A stretch of DNA of 64,000 nucleotides, from the IMG/VR virus record IMGVR_UViG_3300031088_000469; one strand, 5' to 3'. The notes beneath the pieces were generated by a model that was given only the letters and a program-made list of their open reading frames with translations, made no database searches and had not been told where the DNA came from. Below are positions 62,473 through 64,000 of this stretch, one piece after another. Numbering within the stretch: position 1 is the first letter of the stretch; each line of letters opens with the position of its first letter. Source of the stretch: an uncultured virus (IMG/VR IMGVR_UViG_3300031088_000469). Taxonomy: Duplodnaviria > Heunggongvirae > Uroviricota > Caudoviricetes. Both the position numbers and the translations under genes were made by a program.

Positions 62473-63102
62473 ATGAAGAACCTCAAGAACCTCGTCATCT
62501 CCGGCACTGTCGCCATCGCCCTCGTCGGTTCGCTCGCTGCGTGCACCTCCGGCAACGACAACGACACGGCACCCAAGCCGACCGCTACGACCTCGGCTCC
62601 TGTTGCTTCGGGTACGCCTGCTCCTGGTCCTTCCGAGGCTCCTAAGCAGGAGTTCCCGGTCGGTACGGTGGTTGACCCCGAGACCTCGCTCTCGGACACT
62701 CAGTCCGCTTACCCGCTCGCTGACGGCAGCTACGTTGTCGTTGACCAGAACCAGCCTCTCCCTGAGAACGTTCAGGCTGATGTGAACGCAAAGACTTCGA
62801 CTACGGCTTCTGCATCTAGCGATGCTAGCAACGTTGCCGGTCGCTCGGAGGGTCTCGCCGCTCGTACTGCTACCAAGTCTGATGTTCAGCAGGGTACGGG
62901 CAAGAGGGTTGTGGTTGCTTGGGACACCGTTGGTCTCCCTTACGCTGACACCACTTCTCCGATTCACTTTTGGGCTGTAGATGGTCTCCCTGGCTACCCC
63001 CTCATCGTTTCTCGCGGTGAGGTCCAGGCTAAGTTTGATGCCTTCGTTGCTACGCAGGACAACCCCGCTGAGTGGGTTCTTGTTTTCGCTCCTGCTGCGT
63101 AA
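62473..63102 (+). CDS. lipoprotein
   Basis: LAAC lipobox; Pro/Thr linker; TTGACA promoter upstream. Confidence 0.85.
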   Translation: MKNLKNLVISGTVAIALVGSLAACTSGNDNDTAPKPTATTSAPVASGTPAPGPSEAPKQEFPVGTVVDPETSLSDTQSAYPLADGSYVVVDQNQPLPENVQADVNAKTSTTASASSDASNVAGRSEGLAARTATKSDVQQGTGKRVVVAWDTVGLPYADTTSPIHFWAVDGLPGYPLIVSRGEVQAKFDAFVATQDNPAEWVLVFAPAA

Positions 63103-63124
63103 CCGATACCTCAATCGTAGACCA

Positions 63125-63162
63125 AAAAGATGGACCGTGCAACCGCACGGTCCATCTTTTTT
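63125..63162. terminator. bidirectional intrinsic terminator
   Basis: AAAAAGATGGACCGTGC-AACC-GCACGGTCCATCTTTTT. Confidence 0.85.
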
Positions 63163-63180
63163 GTTCCTATTTTCTAGCCC

Positions 63181-64000
63181 TTAGCAAGCCTCACCATTTA
63201 GTCGAGTCAACGATGTGGGTTGCTGTTCTCCACCAGTTGTCCAAGCGGATGATCCACCAGGACCACTAGCCATTCCACGAGCCTGAATGGTCGAAGTGTT
63301 GTCTGTACAACCTAGCGAGCCAACCCATCCGGTGTAGCCATAACCGATGGTAGAAGCCCTCACCTGAGCGGTGTAGCTAGATGCGTTGGACGAACCACCA
63401 GCAGATGCGCTAAGCGATACGAGCATCCATGCTCCACCTTGGGTACCAGAGTAGTAACCACTCATGCTTAGGCTGGAAGGAGCACTAGGTGCTGGCGTGT
63501 ACCACGTGATGCTGGTCGAGTCCGAAGTAGAACCTGACGTTCTACCGTTGGCACCTACACAGTATCCAGAACCTGTCCACGAACGAGTTCCTGGGCTGTT
63601 GTAGCTCTTGTAACCAGCGGGGTTGGAAGACCATGCCCAGCTAGTGTTGGCGACACAGCCACCAGCGTTGGCGTAAACCGTCGCACCACTTCCGTTAGGA
63701 ACGCTTGCGGCGCTTCTAGTGATAGAAGGTGAAGAGGGTGTAGGAACGGAGGTGTAGTAACCACCAGCAGACCAAGGAGTTCTGTCTTCCATGTGGTTTC
63801 CAGAAGCTACAGACCAGCAGCGACCCTGTACGTGCCATTCGTAGTAGCTACCAGGAGCTTCACTGTGAGCGATGTCGCGAGTTGTTCCACCAATGAACGA
63901 ACCAGCGAACTGTCCACCAGAGCCGTTGACTCTCGTGTACTCGTGGTAGAAGTCACGGTTGGTACCAGTTGGGCAACCAATGTCGTTCCACCCAGTACGC
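63181..64000 (-). CDS. C-terminal part of a Ser/Thr/Gly/Trp/Cys-rich extracellular-type protein (FN3-like end)
   Basis: Open frame continues beyond the window edge; PAPSAPSSLS ... SYTAQVR ... ARG.....G.SAW. Confidence 0.65.
   Translation of the reverse strand, partial: RTGWNDIGCPTGTNRDFYHEYTRVNGSGGQFAGSFIGGTTRDIAHSEAPGSYYEWHVQGRCWSVASGNHMEDRTPWSAGGYYTSVPTPSSPSITRSAASVPNGSGATVYANAGGCVANTSWAWSSNPAGYKSYNSPGTRSWTGSGYCVGANGRTSGSTSDSTSITWYTPAPSAPSSLSMSGYYSGTQGGAWMLVSLSASAGGSSNASSYTAQVRASTIGYGYTGWVGSLGCTDNTSTIQARGMASGPGGSSAWTTGGEQQPTSLTRLNGEAC

Overview
This 64-kb window looks like part of a large actinobacterial mobile genome, most likely a jumbo phage. The tmRNA tag, class E sortase, DsbA and ThyX suggest a Microbacteriaceae-like host. 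No virion or terminase genes lie in the window, so a giant plasmid-like element is not excluded. The centre (about 19.0-38.5 kb, minus strand) is a large RNA-gene island that I parsed by hand: about 63 near-canonical tRNAs covering all 20 amino acids (including a rare tRNA-Pro AGG), a tmRNA (tag ANASRNDFALAA), and a roughly 240-nt RNase P RNA with a shrunken specificity domain. It also holds at least a dozen tRNA-derived RNAs that keep acceptor and T arms but carry large structured insertions, among them a twin tRNA, a 325-nt D-loop-expanded tRNA and an Ala-acceptor mini RNA. RtcB and an HNH gene flank the island on one side, and a uORF/terminator leader flanks it on the other. Outside the island, nine otherwise unrelated proteins share an N-terminal hhDxNGxxxTxx[K/R] peptide that looks like a sorting or packaging signal. 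Other genes: J-domain protein, HA-repeat protein, degenerate HUH Rep, Mom-like and Dam-like DNA modifiers, HD phosphohydrolase, RNase H, dUTPase, ThyX, SF1 helicase, DUF262, sortase, DsbA, lipoproteins and membrane proteins. All calls come from manual reading, and RNA boundaries are good to about 1-3 nt.
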